A stretch of 59,331 nt of DNA from NCBI GenBank assembly GCA_017302855.1, contig JAFLBY010000002.1, positions 1 to 59,331 of the forward strand, written 5' to 3'. This DNA is from Candidatus Kapaibacterium sp. (GTDB taxonomy: Bacteria; Bacteroidota; Ignavibacteria; Kapaibacteriales; UBA961). A program made the translations under genes and the position numbers. Each line of letters begins with the position of its first letter. The first letter of the stretch is position 1. Under the pieces are notes generated by a model. The model searched no databases. It worked only from the letters and a program-made list of their open reading frames with translations, and was not told the DNA's origin. This document shows positions 56,109-59,331 of the stretch, piece by piece.

Positions 56109-58016
56109 TCATGGTTCAGACACTTTCTCCAAAAAATAGGTTCGCATTGTACCCTTACCTTTAATGTCGATTTCTCCGCGTGGGATAAACCGTAGGGACG
56201 GTTCATGCACCGTCTCTACGGCATGTTTAAATTCTTCCGAAACATGGATTTTACCTGCTTCGCCATGACTTTCCATCCTGCTTGCCGTGTTCACGGCATC
56301 GCCCCATAAATCATAACTCAAACGTTTAGTACCAATAATCCCGGCTATTGCTTCACCGCAAGCAATACCTATGCGCAAACTTAAAGGTATTCCTTCTACA
56401 GGAGAATGTATATTTGGAGCAAGTGAAAGAATTGCACACGCAAAATTTGCTGCGCGTTGAGCATGATCCGGTGTCCATTTCGGTATGCCTGCTACAGCCA
56501 TATATGCGTCCCCTATGGTTTTTATTTTTTCGACTCCATATCGAGCAGCACATTCATCAAATGCAGAAAAAGCTGTATTTAAAAATTCCAATAAAAGTTC
56601 AGGTTCTATACTTTGCGATAATGATGTAAAATTGACAATATCAATAAATATAATGGAAACGGAAGAGAAGTAATCCGCAATTTTTTCTCGATTCATCATA
56701 CGATTCACAATTGATTCCGGTGCTATATTAGTAAGAAGTTGTGTCTCAATTTCCTTTTTTCTGATATTTTTTTCCGACTTCATTTTTTCGGCAAGTTCCT
56801 TTTCTTTGTCGGTAATTTTTGACTCTGTCATAGTAATATATCGTTTTAATAGCATCAAGGATTCTATGACATTTCCTTCACGATCATATACCTCGGCAAG
56901 TAATTTATATGGGGTTAAATCTTGCTTATCATGTTTTTCATCCGATTCTGTTATTGACTTATTCAAATAATGAATAGCTTTTTGAGAGTCGTACAAAGAA
57001 GAATTTTCCGCACTATATATTGTTCCAAGCATTGAGTGAATATAACTTGTTTTATGAGGGAATTTACCTGCTTGTGTAATAATGTTCAACAGAATATTCT
57101 CTGCCTCTGCATAACGATGTAATCGGATAAGCGTGCGAGCAATATTACATCGAACATCGGCAAGTTGTTCAGGTTCGCCCAGTGCCACTGTCTTTGTTTC
57201 GATTTCTTTTTCTATCTCAAGTGCCTTTTCAAAATTTCCTCGAACAACCTCAATATTTGCCAATGATGTTTTATTCCGTAAAAGCCATGAAATATTATTC
57301 AGTTCTTCATTAATAGTTGCTGCTTGCATCAAGTAATTTTCTGCTGCAAGATAATCACCCATGTTAATATAAAGCACACCAAAGGTATGAAGTATTGAAC
57401 TTTGAGCCATTTTATTGCCAAGCTCTTGAGCTAAATGTAAAGCACGTGAGCTATGTTCAAGCCCATCTGCATAATATCCAAGTTTTGCATACGATTGTCC
57501 AAGATTTATTTGTGCACCAAGCTCAACACGTGTATCACCATAATATTGTGCAATTGCTATGCACTCAATATAACGCTCTATAGACTCTGACATCTTGCCC
57601 ATAGTAGATTCCAGATTAGCAATATTGGTGAGTATCGATGCATACTGAAGTCGGTCTTCATTGTTTTTTACAATTGCTAATGCTTTGTTATAATTGAGAT
57701 AAGCGTCATCATAACGATTTGTGTAATAATAAATCACACCTAATGAGTTATATGCTTTTTGTAATATATTTTCATCGCTGTTTTGTTGCGCAAGCTCAAT
57801 TAATTGTAAGGCGATTTCTTCTGCTTCCGTATATCGAGCACTCCGAGTACATATTGTTACCAGAACACCAAGCAATTGCATCACCATATTTGGATTTTGT
57901 TCCTTTTCATAAATCTGTAATAATTCATTACAACGATTTTCAGCACCATTTATATCGCCGCGGTCATACATTGCCTTTATACGATCCACTTCATTACTGT
58001 TATGTTCTTTTTTCAT
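56109..58016 (-). CDS. TPR-repeat class III adenylate cyclase (divergent TPR part)
   Basis: [40 protein letters not shown]. The TPR region is AT-richer and less regular than in the neighbouring paralogues. Confidence 0.9.
   Translation of the reverse strand: MKKEHNSNEVDRIKAMYDRGDINGAENRCNELLQIYEKEQNPNMVMQLLGVLVTICTRSARYTEAEEIALQLIELAQQNSDENILQKAYNSLGVIYYYTNRYDDAYLNYNKALAIVKNNEDRLQYASILTNIANLESTMGKMSESIERYIECIAIAQYYGDTRVELGAQINLGQSYAKLGYYADGLEHSSRALHLAQELGNKMAQSSILHTFGVLYINMGDYLAAENYLMQAATINEELNNISWLLRNKTSLANIEVVRGNFEKALEIEKEIETKTVALGEPEQLADVRCNIARTLIRLHRYAEAENILLNIITQAGKFPHKTSYIHSMLGTIYSAENSSLYDSQKAIHYLNKSITESDEKHDKQDLTPYKLLAEVYDREGNVIESLMLLKRYITMTESKITDKEKELAEKMKSEKNIRKKEIETQLLTNIAPESIVNRMMNREKIADYFSSVSIIFIDIVNFTSLSQSIEPELLLEFLNTAFSAFDECAARYGVEKIKTIGDAYMAVAGIPKWTPDHAQRAANFACAILSLAPNIHSPVEGIPLSLRIGIACGEAIAGIIGTKRLSYDLWGDAVNTASRMESHGEAGKIHVSEEFKHAVETVHEPSLRFIPRGEIDIKGKGTMRTYFLEKVSEP
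56190..56221. repeat. CDS-embedded 32-nt palindrome (variant A')
   Basis: CCGTAGGGACGGTTCATGCACCGTCTCTACGG. Confidence 0.9.
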
Positions 58017-58057
58017 AGTTTTATTTATTGATGTTTTTGACTAATTATTATAATAAT

Positions 58058-59331
58058 TCACTGATATTGTTCCAAAAAATATGTCTTCATTTTTCCTTTG
58101 CCTTTGATGTCCATTTCACCGCGGGGGATAAACCGTAGGGACGGTACCTGCACCGTCTCTACGGCACGCATAAAAGCTGCGCTACAATGAATTTTACCTG
58201 CTTCGCCGTGGGATTCCATTCTGCTTGCCGTGTTCACCGCATCGCCCCATAAATCATAGGCGAATTTCTTTTTGCCAATCACGCCGGCTACCACTTCTCC
58301 GCTGTGAATTCCGATGCGGATTTGCACTTCTTCACCGGTAGAAATTGACCGAAATTCTTTCATTTTTGCTACCATTTCAAGCGCAAAATTTGCCATCGTT
58401 TCTGCGTGGTCGGCACGTACTTCAGGCGCACCCGCAACCACCATATACGCATCACCAATCGTTTTGATTTTCTCCAAACCATACTTCTCGACCAGAGCGT
58501 CAAATTCACTGAAAATTCTATCGAGTCCTTCGACAAGTTCTTCAGGAGTAATGCTTTGCGAAAGTTTCGTAAAATTCACGATGTCGGCAAAAAGCACCGA
58601 CACGCTTGGGATTTTCTCAGCGATGAGCTGTGTGCCGTCGAGCATTCTTGCTGCTATGGTTGGGGGGAGTACATTGTGAAGTAATTGTTCCGTGGCTTGG
58701 TGTTTAGCATCAGCGGCTGCTTTGGCAAGTTCTATTGCTTTGCGTTGTTCGCGTATTGCCTCTTGCTTCTTTACTTCTTCGACATTTACTTCTTCTTTTA
58801 TCGCAATATGTTTTTTGTAGTGCGTGAAAGCATCTCCCAATCGTTGTTCTTGTTCATAAAGATCAGATAAGGTTTTGTGAAATTCAATCAATACTGCTTT
58901 ATATCCTATTCCTGTGCTTAGGTCAATAGCTCGCAGCAGGTATTCTTCCGCTTTATCGGGGTCGTAGCCATCGAAGTCCTGCTTAGCATACGTTGCTCCG
59001 ATATTGCCGAGCCAAGTTGCCATACCTGCTTTGTTATCAAGTTCTTCATCAAGTGCTAATGCCTTGCCCATGTACTCCAAGGCACGGGCATAGTCCGAGA
59101 GCTTTTGATGTACATTCCCGATATTGCCGAGAATAGATGCCACGCCTCGTTTGTTGTCCAGTTCTTCATTCAGTGATAATGCCCTGCCCATGTACTCTAA
59201 TGCACGGGAATAGTCCGAGAGATAATAATACACATTTGCGATGTTGCCGAGATCTATAGCCACGCCTGTTTTATTGCCGAGTTCTTCATCCAATGCTAAT
59301 GCCTTACCTATGTACTCCAAGGCACGGGGAT
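58058..59331 (-). CDS. TPR-repeat class III adenylate cyclase, 5' end beyond the window
   Basis: The frame stays open to the right edge. [40 protein letters not shown]. Confidence 0.85.
   Translation of the reverse strand, partial: PRALEYIGKALALDEELGNKTGVAIDLGNIANVYYYLSDYSRALEYMGRALSLNEELDNKRGVASILGNIGNVHQKLSDYARALEYMGKALALDEELDNKAGMATWLGNIGATYAKQDFDGYDPDKAEEYLLRAIDLSTGIGYKAVLIEFHKTLSDLYEQEQRLGDAFTHYKKHIAIKEEVNVEEVKKQEAIREQRKAIELAKAAADAKHQATEQLLHNVLPPTIAARMLDGTQLIAEKIPSVSVLFADIVNFTKLSQSITPEELVEGLDRIFSEFDALVEKYGLEKIKTIGDAYMVVAGAPEVRADHAETMANFALEMVAKMKEFRSISTGEEVQIRIGIHSGEVVAGVIGKKKFAYDLWGDAVNTASRMESHGEAGKIHCSAAFMRAVETVQVPSLRFIPRGEMDIKGKGKMKTYFLEQYQ
58133..58164. repeat. CDS-embedded 32-nt palindrome (variant A'')
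   Basis: CCGTAGGGACGGTACCTGCACCGTCTCTACGG. Confidence 0.9.

Noticed and set aside
31284-59331. Cyclase array as a Pycsar/CBASS-like cyclic-nucleotide antiphage system.
   Set aside because: No adjacent effector with a cNMP-binding, TIR or TM domain is visible. The specificity residues are the classical Lys/Asp adenylate-cyclase pair, and the genes are large TPR sensors rather than minimal cyclases. An immune-receptor-like role remains a speculation only and is not called.
1-59331. tRNA, rRNA, riboswitch or integrase/att signatures that could delimit the island or the array.
   Set aside because: I recognised none by eye in the intergenic regions. A tRNAscan/Infernal run would be needed to exclude small RNAs.

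Overview
This is a 59.3-kb bacterial chromosomal window. It probably comes from an FCB-group organism (Bacteroidota/Ignavibacteriota/Chlorobiota-like), because three secreted proteins end in T9SS-type C-terminal sorting domains; that placement is inference only. I found no rRNA, tRNA or CRISPR array by eye.

Zone 1 (1-9.5 kb) is ordinary:
- a TonB-like protein and a polytopic membrane protein
- an MsbA-like ABC exporter and a small HNH protein
- an orphan MalG-like permease translationally coupled to a histidine ammonia-lyase
- an MpaB/DUF2236-like protein and a STAS protein

Zone 2 (~9.6-16.6 kb) is a visibly AT-richer island:
- a frameshifted HigB/HigA-like toxin-antitoxin pair
- a tightly coupled 4-gene operon: gamma-class m6A methyltransferase, DUF262, HEPN (Rx4H), BsuBI/PstI-family endonuclease. 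This is the best candidate for an uncharacterised composite defence system.
- a 5'-truncated IS200/RAYT-like HUH transposase carrying an in-frame 24-bp minisatellite
- a SAM methyltransferase

Zone 3 (17-59 kb) holds T9SS cargo and secreted-protein genes, three TPR-LuxR regulators, and a same-strand array of ten TPR + class III adenylate cyclase paralogues (nine complete, one cut by the window edge) plus two cyclase remnants. The array is interrupted by a BNR/sortilin-like gene and by a TPR-histidine kinase plus a REC-kinase whose H-box lacks histidine.

The array carries several layers of nucleotide-level structure beyond the proteins:
- a 32-nt palindrome inside the 3' coding region of eight cyclase genes and one remnant, including one fully compensated sequence variant
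- GTAG-headed REP-like palindromes in 66-bp tandem units between genes
- a conserved A/C-rich leader with 9-bp-periodic repeats
- 120-bp in-frame TPR repeat units whose copy number varies from 4 to 8
- mosaic exchange of 5' and 3' modules between cyclase and LuxR paralogues
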